Of a stretch of DNA of 64,000 bases, positions 23,640-36,900 are shown one piece after another. A model generated the notes under the pieces. That model saw only the letters and a program-made list of their open reading frames with translations, did no database searches and was not told the origin of the DNA. Both the position numbers and the translations under genes were made by a program. The DNA is taken from assembly GCA_002269645.1 (NCBI GenBank), contig NIVC01002808.1:13295-77294 (forward strand), given 5' to 3'. The first letter of the stretch is position 1. Every line of letters starts with the position of its first letter. This DNA is from Macrostomum lignano. Its lineage: Eukaryota.

Positions 23640-24020
23640 ATCTGCCTCCCTCTCCCTTCCATCCGCCTCCCTCTCCCCCTCATCCGCCTCCCTCTCCCCT
23701 CCATCCGCCTCCCTCTCCCCCTCCATCCGCCTCCCTCTCCCCCTCCATCCGCCTCCCTCTCCCCCTCCATCCGCCTCCCTCTCCCCCATCCGCCTCCCTC
23801 TCCCTCTCCATCCGCCTCCCTCCCCCATCCGCCTCCCTCTCCCCCCATCCGCCTCCCTCTCCCCCCATCCGCCTCCCTCTCCCCTCCATCCGCCTCCCTC
23901 CCCCATCCTCCTCCCTCTCCCCCATTCACCTCCCTCTCCCCTCCATCCGCCTCCCTCCCCCCATCCTCCTCCCTCTCCCCCCATCCGCCTCCCTCTCCCC
24001 CCATTCACCTCCCTCTCCCC
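23640..24020. repeat. Pyrimidine-rich repeat CCATCCGCCTCCCTCTCCCC(T)
   Basis: Direct reading. Confidence 0.9.
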
Positions 24021-24787
24021 TCTCCGCTTTTGCCTCTCGCGTGAATGAAAAGTGAGAAAGGGAAGGTGAGCAGAGAAGCGAGGAAGCAAGACAGACAGAA
24101 GAGAGGGTACGTATGAGAGATGCAGGGGCTGAGGGGAATGCCATATAGCGCTGACATGCAGTAGTAAGATACAGATAGATATTAGCAATCCCAGTCCATC
24201 GGTCTGCCGACACGCACAAGACAGAGACCCGTGCCACCCTCTCCCCTCTCCCTTATCCCATCCCACCTCTCCTTCGCGTGCGGTTGTCGTGCCACTTTCA
24301 CATCTGTTCCAACTTCCATCTGATTTCAAAATTAATAGGCGGGGGGCGGACCAGAGCAGACAGAAGGCCACACAGACTGCAGATCTGCTTGCTGCAAAGG
24401 CTGCTATTAAACACTGTTGTGTTAGCCAAGGTTCAAAGTTGTGACAACCGCGTTGGGGGCGGAATGCAACTAATAATAATGAAGAAAATGGGGTTTGAAA
24501 ATCTGAGATAAAACTCCTATAGCCCCGTCATCATCGCCAAGCCTCTGTCTAGTGTAGGGTATCGCCTTATAGCACAAAGACTGTGTATAGCTATTGCCCT
24601 AGCACAAAGACCTACAAACACAACAGATTGCAAGAATCTGTACAACTTAGTTGAATAAGGTGTCTCTTAGAATAATTTGGAAACTAACAAAATTAATCGC
24701 TTCATTAAATCCACAGTTCCAGTTATTGGCCTTTTGTTGTATTTTACTCGCACTTATGAGGGTGAGGCAGGGAGGCAGGTGGAAGGG

Positions 24788-25125
24788 AGAGGGAGGCAGA
24801 GGGAGGCAGAGGGAGGCAGAGGGAGGCAGAGGGAGGCAGAGGGAGGCAGAGGGAGGCAGAGGGAGGCAGAGGGAGGCAGAGGGAGGCAGAGGGAGGCAGA
24901 GGGAGGCAGAGGGAGGCAGAGGGAGGCAGAGGGAGGCAGAGGGAGGCAGAGGGAGGCAGGGGAGGCAGAGGGAGGCAGAGGGAGGCAGAGGGAGGCAGAG
25001 GGAGGCAGAGGGAGGGGAGAGGGAGGCAGGGGGAGGCAGAGGGAGGCAGAGGGAGGCAGAGGGAGGCAGAGGGAGGCAGAGGGAGGCAGAGGGAGGCAGA
25101 GGGAGGGAGAGGGAGGCAGAGGGAG
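24788..25125. repeat. (GAGGGAGGCA)n 10-bp polypurine repeat
   Basis: Direct reading. Confidence 0.95.
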
Positions 25126-25835
25126 GAGAGAAGAAGCCAGTTTGAGGGAAGAGGGCTGAGTGGAGAGGGGGGCAGGTGGAGACGAAAGGGAGGCAGATAG
25201 AAGGGAGAGGGAGGCAGATGAAGGGGAGATGTTTGCAAGATGAGGGTCACAGGCAGAAACTTTGTTCCAATTTAAAGAAAAAAACGTTAAAAATTTGAAG
25301 TGAACGGCTGGATGGAGAGAAAAAACTCGCGATAAAAAAGCAGACTTTGAAAAGCGAAAAGCTCAGACAGTGCAGGCCGCCCAGTGATTGCACAATTTGC
25401 CTTGGGGCTGCAATCTCGGTTGGTGTCTCCAGTCCTGCAGCCCCCCCCCCTGCCCCCGAGCGAGCAATTATATTTAGGGACGCCATTGTGCAAGCGATTA
25501 AGTTGATCGCCTCAACACACCTTTCGCTTTCGCCCGATAATAACCAACGCGAATTGATTTGGTGCCGATTGTCCCCCCCAGCTGAGTGGAGTCTGGGCGG
25601 CCTCATCAGCTGCGGCTTTAATTGCAAACGAAATGGAGGGCGAGAGAATTGTAAGACGTGAACGAGGCACAACTCTCTCTTCCTTCTTAATCCCCAATTA
25701 TTGACACCCAAAGTCACTTCTTTTTTATCCCCTAAATGGGGATCATTGTGCGATCTGCATATAGTCTTTGTAGGCTTGGAACAAAGACTAAGAAAACGAA
25801 TTAAATCGGCTTATCTTCGTGCTCTTGGAAACGCG

Positions 25836-26041
<206 letters not shown>

Positions 26042-26721
26042 GGTATGTGATCGATTTCAGAAGAATAATAGCTATAAGAATAGTACAGAAACTGCTGAAG
26101 AAATTATATCTGCTCTACATTTTTTGTACTACAAAGCTTGCACAAAGAGCAAGTAAGGAATTCCCAGATGGGCGACCGATGGAGCTTCAGCTCGAGCAGC
26201 AAAATCCCTACTGAGTTAAGAAAGGAAAAGCGTGCAGTTTTAGCACCATCTCATGGTCGTCAAGGCAACAGACTCTAATCGCGGGTAAAGTCTCTAAGTG
26301 CTTCCTCCCCTGGGGGATTCCATCCTGCCCGGTAGGCGCCAATTCAAAGAGCAGTCTTCCTCGACCAAAAAAGTTAAACAAAAAATCTAACCCAGGTTCA
26401 CAGCAAGTCTGAAGCACTCGGTTTGCTGCTCAATTGAACTACTCTGCAAAACATTCCTGGAAAAAAACTACTCAACATTATTAGCGGCCATGAAGTGGGG
26501 GGTAGCGCTGTGTTTTGTAACCAAGCTTGTGTCGGAGGTCTGTTTTTTAAACTATTTTTCAATCTTCACGTCCTTTTAAAGGGCGAAATCCCATGGGAAT
26601 TCCTGCGGTCGTATAGGGCCGGGTGTCCCGTTAGCCACTTAGTATTGAAATTAGTCAATTAAAAATCATGTACACACAAATTGTTCACCAACTTTGCTGA
26701 GCTCCTATACCGTTAAGAAGG

Positions 26722-27425
26722 CCGCTAGTCATGCAGGAATCACCCGCTAGTTATCCAGGAATCACCCGCTAGTTATCCAGGAATCACACGCTAGTTATTC
26801 TGGAATCACCCACTAGGCATCCAGGAATCACCCGCTAGTCATCCAGGAATCACCCGCTAGTTATCCAGGAATCACCCGCTAGTTATCCAGGAATCACACG
26901 CTAGTTATTCTGGAATCACCCACTAGGCATCCAGGAATCACCCGCTAGTCATCCAGGAATCACCCGCTAGTTATCCAGGAATCACACGCTAGTTATTCTG
27001 GAATCACCCACTAGGCATCCAGGAATCACCCGCTAGTCATCCAGGAATCACCCGCTAGTTATCCAGGAATCACCCGCTAGTTATCCAGGAATCACCCGCT
27101 AGTTATCCAGGAATCACACGCTAGTTATTCTGGAATCACCCACTAGGCATCCAGGAATCACCCGCTAGTCATCCAGGAATCACCCGCTAGTTATCCAGGA
27201 ATCACCCGCTAGTTATCCAGGAATCACACGCTAGTTATTCTGGAATCACCCACTAGGCATCCAGGAATCACCCGCTAGTCATCCAGGAATCACACGCTAG
27301 TTATGCAGGAATCACCCGCTAGTTATCTAGGAATCACCCGCTAGTCATGCAGGAATCGCCCGCTAGTTATCCCAGAATCACCCGCTAGTTATCCAGGAAT
27401 CGCCCGCTAGTTATCCCAGAATCGC
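26722..27425. repeat. 22-bp minisatellite CAGGAATCACCCGCTAGTTATC (family A, copy 1)
   Basis: About 31 units with internal higher-order variants. Confidence 0.95.
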
Positions 27426-28022
27426 CTCAGAGTCGCAGTGGTGTCCTCAGGGCGCTGTCTCAAAAAACCGCAACTGGCGCAGCTTCCACCGTTGCCAATG
27501 TAAATAATAACCAGTGCCAGGCTATAGAGAAATAAGAAGCCCCAATGCAAAGGGACTGAGAACTGGCGGGATTGTAGCTATTGCAAGGATTGATTCCGCT
27601 CGGATTGCAAATTTCAGTGAAGAGTCCCAATTGTCCCCCTATTGTTCAGGAGATGTCTAGCATGCATGCATTTAGCTCAGCTATTTAGTTTGTGCAGTGT
27701 ATAACAGTTCGGTGAGCAAAGCCTATGCTAACAGCCAATTATTTATTGGCTAGCCCTAGCAACCAGGCCACTGAGACCCGGGAAGCTTAGGTTAGCCCAT
27801 AGACTATGGCGAATTCCTAAAAAAAACGTTACAAACCTCTGCCCTAACCTTCAATTTCATGACTTCTGATGACTTTTTAAGCTTTCTGATTGCAAGTCAT
27901 TTACTTACGTCGTGTCATCCAAAAATTTTTGCACACTTGAGGCATTCGGGCATGTTATTCTGAGAGATGAGGAAATGTGGAGTTTAGGGGATATTTTGCA
28001 TTCTTGCATTTGCATTCTAAGG

Positions 28023-28790
28023 GAAGTGCCATTTTCGATTCTAGGAGTGCCATTTTCTATTCTAGGAGTGCCATTTTCTATTCTAGGAGTGTCATTTTCT
28101 ATTCTAGGAGTGCCATTTTCTATTCTAGGAGTGCCATTTTCTATTCTAGGAGTGCCGATTTGTGTTCTAGGAGTGCCGATTTGTGTTCTAGGAGTGCCGA
28201 TTTGTGTTCTAGGAGTGCCGATTTGTGTTCTAGGAGTGCCGATTTGTGTTCTAGGAGTGCCGATTTGTGTTCTAGGAGTGCCATTTTGTATTCTAGGAGT
28301 GCCAATTTGTGTTCTAGGAGTGTCAATTTGTATTCTAGGAGTGCCAATTTGTGTTCTAGGAGTGCCATTTTGTATTCTAGGAGTGCCAATTTGTGTTCTA
28401 GGAGTGTCATTTTGTATTCTAGGAGTGCCAATTTGTGTTCTAGGAGTGTCATTTTGTATTCTAAGAGTGCCAATTTGTGTTCTAGGAGTGCCAATTTGTG
28501 TTCTAGGAGTGCCAATTTGTATTCTAGGAGTGCCAATTTGTGTTCTAGGAGTGTCATTTTGTATTCTAGGAGTGCCATTTTGTATTCTAGGAGTGCCAAT
28601 TTGTGTTCTAGGAGTGCCAATTTGTATTCTAGGAGTGCCAATTTGTGTTCTAGGAGTGTCATTTTGTATTCTAGGAGTGTCATTTTGTATTCTAGGAAGA
28701 GTGCCATTTTTTTAGGAGTGCTATTTTCCATTCTAGGAGTGCCATTTTGCATTATAGGAGTGCCATTTTGTATTCTAAGAGTTCCCGTTT
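28023..28790. repeat. 21-bp minisatellite GGAGTGCCATTTTCTATTCTA (family B1)
   Basis: About 35 units. Confidence 0.95.
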
Positions 28791-29730
28791 TGTTCTCAAA
28801 AAGTCGGTTTTTTTAAATAAAGTTTTATTTTATATTTATTTTGAGCAATTCTGTGCCATTTTGATGCAAAAACTGTGTCACTGACCAGTTTGTATCAAAG
28901 CCCAAAATATCGGGAAATTTAAATTTCAAACCCGAGAGTGAAGAAATTAATTACTGCTTCCAGGGAAGAAAATCAATTAAGATTCAGAGGATGAGCTGCT
29001 TCTGTTGCTTTGGTAGGGCCAGAAAGAGAAGAAGACTAAAATTGCTTTTTTTTCTCCCAGCCAAACCCCCGCCCACTCCTAAAAGATAAGTTTTTTACAA
29101 GCAGCTGCTACTCTGGCTCCGCCCACCTAATTAAGCCCGTGCAAATTCATTAAAACATCGGTGCACCCAGCCCCACCCCATGCGGGCAAATAATCTAACA
29201 CAAAATCATTGTTGCATTGTGCCTGCTTCTCATGCCCGTGGGTTCACAAGTGAGCTGAGAACGGCTGCACTGGATGAAGCTGGCTGAGGTCAGCCTAGCG
29301 TCTCAGAATTACTATACCTAGATAGTATTGCATGAGAACAAAAGTGATGAAGCTGTTTCGAGCTGAGTGCATTATCAAGTGGCCTATAGCTTCATCTACT
29401 ATGTTAGGAGATCTCGAAAATCTGCGTGAGAACGCTGCTCCCGGTGAAATAGGGGCCCAGCAAGATGGAGTGGTCAGACAGGCAGATAGGGTCCAAGTTG
29501 AAGAGAGTGGGTAAGTGGCTATTTTGATTGACAGGTTTGACACTGTCAGTCTTTCGGTACCTATGCAGTGCATTTCTATGCTGTACACGTGTCCAGCCAC
29601 GCAGTAATGCAATGCAGATTCTATTGAAGGTTTTGAAATTTCATTGATTACTGCTAGCTAACAATGGTCATTTTTCTCAGCTCATTTTAGTGTCAAATCT
29701 CTCCAATCTGATTCTATCGTGGACTGGGAA

Positions 29731-30256
29731 TAGTTATCCCAGAATCGCCCGCTGGTTATCCCAGAATCGCCCGCTAGTTATCCCAGAATCGCCCGCTGGT
29801 TATCCCAGAATCGCCCGCTAGTTATCCCAGAATCGCCCGCTAGTTATCCCAGAATCGCCCGCTAGTTATCCCAGAATCGCCCGCTAGTTATCCCAGAATC
29901 ACCCGCTAGTTATCCAGGAATCGCCCGCTAGTCATGCAGGAATCACCCGCTAGTTATTCAAAAATCACCCGCTAGTTATCCCAGAATCACCCGCTATTTA
30001 TCCCAGAATCACCCGCTAGTTATCCAGGAATCGCCCGCTAGTCATGCAGGAATCACCCGCTAGTTATTCAAGAATCACCCGCTAGTTATCCCAGAATCAC
30101 CCGCTAGTTATCCCAGAATAGCCCGCTAGTTATCCCAGAATCACCCGCTAGTTATCCCAGAATCACCCGCTAGTTATCCCAGAATCACCCGCTAGTTATC
30201 CCAGAATCACCCGCTAGTTATCCCAGAATCACCCGCTAGTTATCCCAGAATCACCC
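29731..30256. repeat. 22-bp minisatellite CCAGAATCACCCGCTAGTTATC (family A, copy 2)
   Basis: Same unit family and orientation as 26722-27425. Confidence 0.95.
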
Positions 30257-31127
30257 ACGAGCTTCAGTCCGATTTCGTGATCATCTGTGACGGTGACTGG
30301 CAGGCAGTTCAAGTGCACAATAACCCCCCCCCCCAACCTTAATTGATGCACCTTATCGAGAAGCCAAAAAACGCGCGTTGAAACCGCCAAGCATTGTAGA
30401 ATGCGAGAGGAGAGGAGAGATGAAAGTAACAGAGGGAGCTGCGGTTCCCTCCCTCAAGGAGATAGGAAATCCCTGCTAGCTACACATGCCGAAACCTTCA
30501 TCAGTGCTGGAGTGGGCTGCGGATAAACAGTGCAGTCCAAGTTCTGCGCCACCACCTTGCAAAAGCTGTCAGTCAAAGTTCTGTTGCGCAGACTGCACCC
30601 CATATACAGCCTTATACATACATCACCGCTAAGTTCTTTGCGGAAAGGAGTTGATGGACAGGAAAGGTAAGAAAGTTATATCGGTCCGTGTCTGTATAAT
30701 CGCATCTTGGTGGTTCGACCAATACTGCAATGCATTCCAGAATCCCAACTACTGAAACCCTTTTCCCACACGTGCGGGATCAAGATTGCACGGCCGGCCA
30801 CTGACACACTGTCTACTAGTTTCCATTGAGCTTCGGCCTAGCAACCAGATTTTAATGATCTGATGGCGCTGATTATGGGAGCAAAGTGGGTGGAAGCGGG
30901 GAAGGCCATGCGAAATTCTCCCACTAAATATGGCTGATTGATCAAGATCGGTGGCACTCCTTAATACTCTCACTCAGAACAACAAGAGCTTACAGTTTCC
31001 CACAAGTTCAGAAGCTCATGGACGGTCAATAAAATCCATTTATCTGCATGAATCTGTGCTCTATGTGATTGCATTCATTGCATTTTTGTGGTGTGCCACT
31101 TAGCGATCAGAGAGTTCAGTATTCGTT

Positions 31128-31985
31128 AAGTGCCATTGGAGATCTGGGGAGTGCCATTGGAGATCTGGCGAGTGCCATTGGAGATCTGGAGAGTGCTATT
31201 GGTGATCTGTGGAGTGCCATTGGAGATCTGGCGAGTGCCATTGGAGATCTGGCGAGTGCCATTGGAGATCTGGCGAGTGCCATTGGAGAACTGGCGAGTG
31301 CCATTGGAGATCTGAAGAGTGCCATTGGAGATCTGAGGAGTGCCATAGGAGATCTGGTGAGTGCCATTGGAGATCTGGAGAGTGCATTTGGAGATCTGAG
31401 GAGTGCCATTGGAGATCTGGAGAGTGCCATTGGAGATCTGAGGAGTGCCATTGGAGATCTGGCGAGTGCCATTGGCGATCTGGCGAGTGCCATTGGAGAT
31501 CTGGCGAGTGCCATTGGAGAACTGGCGAGTGCCATTGGAGATCTGAAGAGTGCTATTGGTGATCTGTGGAGTGCCATTGGAGATCTGGCGAGTGCCATTG
31601 GCGATCTGGCGAGTGCCATTGGAGATCTGGCGAGTGCCATTGGAGAACTGGCGAGTGCCATTGGAGATCTGAAGAGTGCCATTGGAGATCTGAGGAGTGC
31701 CATAGGAGATCTGGTGAGTGCCATTGGAGATCTGGAGAGTGCTATTGGTGATCTGTGGAGTGCCATTGGAGATCTGGAGAGTGCATTTGGAGATCTGAGG
31801 AGTGCCATTTGAGATCTGGAGAGTGCCATTGGAGATCTGAGGAGTGCCACTGGAGATCTGGAGAGTGCATTTGGAGATCTTGGTGTGCCATTGGAGATCT
31901 GGGGAGTTCCATTGGAGATCTGGGGAGTGCCATTGGAGATCTGGGGAGTGCCATTAGAGATCTGAGGAGTGCTATTGGTGATCTG
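31128..31985. repeat. 21-bp minisatellite GAGTGCCATTGGAGATCTGGC (family B2)
   Basis: About 40 units; shares GAGTGCCATT with B1. Confidence 0.95.
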
Positions 31986-32674
31986 TGGAGTTCTATCAGA
32001 GACATGGGGAGTAGCATAGGTGCAGCTCTGAGAAATTCTGTGCTAAAAGTACTCCAGGTAAAAACTTCTAGATCCCATTGAGAACTCTCGCAGACTAGAA
32101 CCCATGGCCATTCAAGCTTGGCTCCCCGCAGCGCAGCTCCACGAGCTCCCACTCGCCACTTTAGAGCACAATATATAGCAATTATATAGATATAAAAAAG
32201 CTAATTTTGAGTTTGTCTGTTCACCTTCACCTACTTATCAAATCTATAATATTGTTCGCAAATTATTTGGATGAATTGTCTGTATAATAACACAATAAAT
32301 TAATATAGCCAATCTGAATGAGACTGGGGTTGAGTGACAAATCCCACTGGGAAATTAGCAATTGCTTGCTTGAGTCGCATCCGGCAATTCAGAATTGTTA
32401 AAACACCCGGTCAGCGGGCGGTACCCAGCATGCAACCCAATTGGCCAAGAAAATCTTGGGCCTAAATGCATGTGAATGAAGACCCACACAGACACAGATT
32501 GGTAAATCCCAATGCTTTATGGGCGACCCCCTGCGGATGTTGCAACAACTGTTCCTTGCCATTTTTTGAGAAAAAAGTCAAGCACACAAAGCAGGCAGAA
32601 AGAGGGTTGCTTCACGCATGACAATCGAAGTTTGTTATAAATATAGCTTTGTTGCAACCTCGTATGTGAACTGT

Positions 32675-33270
32675 GTGATATACAGAATGACTGTAAATAA
32701 GCTACAGTGTGATACAGAATGGCTGTAACTGATCTACATTGTGATACAGAATGACTGTAACTACAGTGTGATACAGAATGGCTGTAAGTGATCTACAGTG
32801 TGATACAGAATGGCTGTAACTGATCTACAGTGTGATACAGAATGGCTGTAAGTGATCTACAGTGTGATACAGAATGGCTGTAACAGATCTACAGTGTGAT
32901 TCAGAATGACTGTAACTAATCTACAGTGTGATACAGAATGACTGTAACTGATCTACATTGTGATACAGAATGGCTGTAAGTGATCTACAGAGTGATACAG
33001 AATGGCTGTAAGTGATCTACAGTGTGATACAGAATGACTGTAACTAATCTACAGTGTGATACAGAATGACTGTAACTGATCTACATTGTGATACAGAATG
33101 GCTGTAAGTGATCTACAGTGTGATACAGAATGGCTGTAACTGATCTACAGTATGATACAGAATGGCTGTAACTGATCTACAGTGTGATACAGAATGGCTG
33201 TAACTGATCTACAGTGTGATACAGAATGGTTGTAACTGATCTACAGTGTGATACAGAATGGCTGTAACTT
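32675..33270. repeat. 32-bp minisatellite CTACAGTGTGATACAGAATGGCTGTAACTGAT
   Basis: About 18 units upstream of Zic. Confidence 0.93.
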
Positions 33271-33913
33271 AAATACAGCAAAATACAGAATGGTTTAAAA
33301 AGTAATTAAACGGAATAGCATTACAGCATTGCTCGAACAGCACTTCCTTAACAAGCCAGCGCAGACCTCGGTCCCTAATTTGCGCAATAACTCGCAGTCA
33401 AGCTTATTAAACATTATTGGCCAGTATTAATGGCCATAGACTAAATTGCCCGAAGCTCCAGTTCTGCCCCTCGCAATTTTCGCTAAGGGGGGTCTCCAAA
33501 CCGCGGTCCATTAGCCCAGCGAACTGCTCCGGTCCCTCGGCTCCGCCCTCCCGAACCCCCGCTGCGACTGGCCCAGCTGGCCGGCCAATCCGAGCCGGTC
33601 CCGGTGCCCGCCCACCCCAACCTCCGCGCCAGCCTCCGCCACCTCCAAAGCCCCGGCTCTCCCCGGCGCGGCACCCCGCAGGTTAAAAGACCGACCCCCC
33701 GGCGGAGGCCACCCGCCAGGCGCTCCCGCTCAGTCGGTCTTCTGCAAGCAGAAATCAGGCAAAAGTCTATTATAACCAACCTCGCCTACCCAGCCGCCTA
33801 GGCAGAGTCTCCCTGCAGTGCAGCGGGATCCTTAATCCCCGGGCCAGCGGTCGCAAATCCCCCCCGTACAGCCACACCCCCTGCCGAGTTCTCCGCGGTG
33901 TAAAGCCGGCGGC

Positions 33914-36900
33914 ATGTTCAGCCCCTACCACCCGCACGCGGTGCAGCCGCAGGTCCCGTACCAGCAGCAGCACCAGCTGCAGCACCAGCACCAGCACCTG
34001 GTTGGCGGAGGCGACCTGACGGCGTACTCCAGCCCGGCTTCGGTCGGTGACCTCTTCCTGCGCCGACACCAGCAGTACGCCGCCGCCGCTGCCACAGCCG
34101 CCGTTGCTGCCGCCGATTTTCCCGTCTATGGCGAACTGTTCGGGCAGGCCCAGCAGCCTCATCACCAGCCTCAGCATCATCAACAGCAACAGCAACAGCA
34201 GCAACAACAGCATCAGCAGCACCTACAGCAGCAGCAGCAGCAGCAGCAGCAACAAGCTCAAGCTGCCACTACTTCAGAGCAGCAACATCTCAATCAGCAT
34301 CAGCAGCACCTACAGCAGCAGCAGCACCAGCAGCAGCAGCAGCACCAAGCCTCTCATGCCGGCTTTCCCCTGAGTGCAGATCTGCACTTGCAGCCTCCTT
34401 ATTCGCCTCATCTGCAGCAGTCGCAGTCTCACCCTGCCCAGCAGCAGCCTCACCAGCAGCCTCATCATCAGCATCAGCATGCGTATCAGCAGGCCGCCGC
34501 GGCTGCCGGTCACTTGGCCAGCAGCTTCGGCCACTTCAACCATTTGAACATGTCGGCCTACGGGCCGGCCTTCTACCGGGCCTACCTGCAGCGCAGCGGC
34601 GGCGGCGGCGGCCTGCGAGACTATCGCTGCCTGTGGATCGAGCGGGACCAGCCGGAGCCAAGGAAACCTTGCAACCGCATGTTTGCCAGCGTGCACGACA
34701 TTGTCACGCACATCGCCGTGGATCACGTGGGCGGTGAGTCAACCATAGACTGCATATAGCCTGGGCATAATTCTTACTGATCTATAGGCCACCTTACTGA
34801 TATATAGGCTTCCTCACTAATCTATAGGCTTCCTCGCTCATCTATGGGCTACCTTACTGATTTAAAGGCTTCCTTACTGGTCTATAAGCTTTTCTACTGA
34901 TCTATAGGCTTCCCTACTGATCTATAGGCTTCCTTACTGGTCTATAAGCTTCCCTACTGATCTATAGGCTTCCCTACTGATCTATAGGCTTCCTTACTGA
35001 TCTATAGGCTTCACTACTGATCTATAGGCTTCCATATTGATTTAGGCTTCCTTGCTGATCTATAGGCTTCCTTACTGATCTATAGGCTTCCTCACTAATC
35101 TATAGGCTTCCTCACTGATCTATAGGCTTCCTCACTGATCTATAGGCTAAATCTGTATTTATGCATCGTTTTGATAACGCCAGCCGCCTCCGCCCCGCAC
35201 CTCAGCAGGACCCGAGCTGACCGATCACACCTGCTACTGGCAGGAGTGCGCCCGACACTTCAAGCCGTTCAAGGCAAAGTACAAGCTGGTGAACCACATC
35301 CGGGTGCACACAGGCGAGCGCCCGTTCCCCTGCCCGTTCCCCGGCTGCGGCAAAGTGTTCGCCAGATCGGAGAATCTCAAAATTCACAAGCGAACTCACA
35401 CAGGTGAGCATCTGGAGATTTTTTGTCTTACACGAAACAGACTTCGGTCGCGCTGCGGGTGTCGCAGAGCAAAGAATTTTGAAAGAAAAATCCTACGGAG
35501 GCTTCATTAGGCACAGCTGGGGGCGGGGCTGGCCCATAGACCATTAGGGCCCGTGCATCTGTCGGCCTGTTTTCCCACCTCGCATTAGAAGCTCTTCTCT
35601 GTTCCTTTCTCAAGAATTTTTTGTCCCTTAATGCTGTCCGAGAATTTGCGGACTCAACTGCCGCTAGCCGGCCGAAACGCCTGAATAAATGATGAGGCCG
35701 ACAGACAAAGGGAGAGCAGGCAGAGGCAGCGCATGCAAACGTGAGCCTGATGGGGCTGGTCCAGCTTCCTAACACCAGAAAGTTTGTCAAGTGACTCCTG
35801 CAGAGAGGAAGAGAGATGGAGAGTTTCTAATGAGCATCGCTTTTTTACAAATTGCAGTTTCTTTTGTCTTCCACTGTTTTTATGCAACACTTTCCTTTCC
35901 GCAGCTCTTCTATACACAACCTTGCTGAGTAATTCTCCCACTCTCCTCTTGCGCAGCTGTCAGGCCATTATCCTCTGGACAATAGAAGAAAGTGTGAAAA
36001 ATGCGGAAGCCACGAGGGCACGCGCCTTTCTTGCGTCGGGTCGGGCCCATAGACAGGCACCCAGCGCTTCCATATAGTTGCCATGGCCTCCAATGCCCCC
36101 AGCTTATATAAGAGGCTGAAAACTCTGTTGCCAACCTGTTGCTACTGTTCCTCTTTCCTCTGTCCCGTCATTCCTAACGCCTGACTTCCTGCAGCGGAAG
36201 CGTGAAATTTTCATAGATTCTAAGAATTTAACAGCGGGGGCCTTCGGTACAGCAGGGCGGATCGCGCTTCACTGGGCTCTGCTGCGAAGCTCCTCTCGAC
36301 CCGTTGAACATCTCTCGTGTCCTCGGGTTCGACTGGATTCAACATTTGAGCTTCCTAATCTCAATCCTCCCAGCTTCAATACCTCTCCCTCTGCCTTGTT
36401 CCTATCCGTACCTGTCCGTACCTGTCGAGCTTACGCATCTTTTCCCTCCCTTCATTCTCTACTCTCCTCTCTTCCTGTTTTCTCCCTGTGCCCCCTGATC
36501 TCTCACCCATCTGCCTCTCACATCTTACCCTGTCATAGTCCCTCTCATTTTAACCTCTCAGCATCTCCCTTCCCGGTCGTCACTCCGCTCCCAGCATCTC
36601 CCTTCCCGGTCGTCACTCCGCTCTCAGCATCTCCCTCCCCGGTCGTCACTCCGCTCTCAGCATCTCCCTCCCCGGTCGTCACTCCGCTCTCAGCATCTCC
36701 CTCCCCGGTCGTCACTCCGCTCTCAGCATCTCCCTCCCCGGTCGTCACTCCGCTCTCAGCATCTCCCTCCCCGGTCGTCACTCCGCTCTCAGCATCTCCC
36801 TCCCCGGTCGTCACTCCGCTCTCAGCATCTCCCTCCCCGTCGTCACTCCGCTCTCAGTATCTCTCTGCTGTCCCGCCCGCAGGTGAGAAGCCGTTCAAGT

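Noticed and set aside
29295-29612. Exon-like block with donor GG|GTAAGT at ~29511 and an SDH tripeptide on the minus strand
   Set aside because: No partner exons or family similarity could be established.
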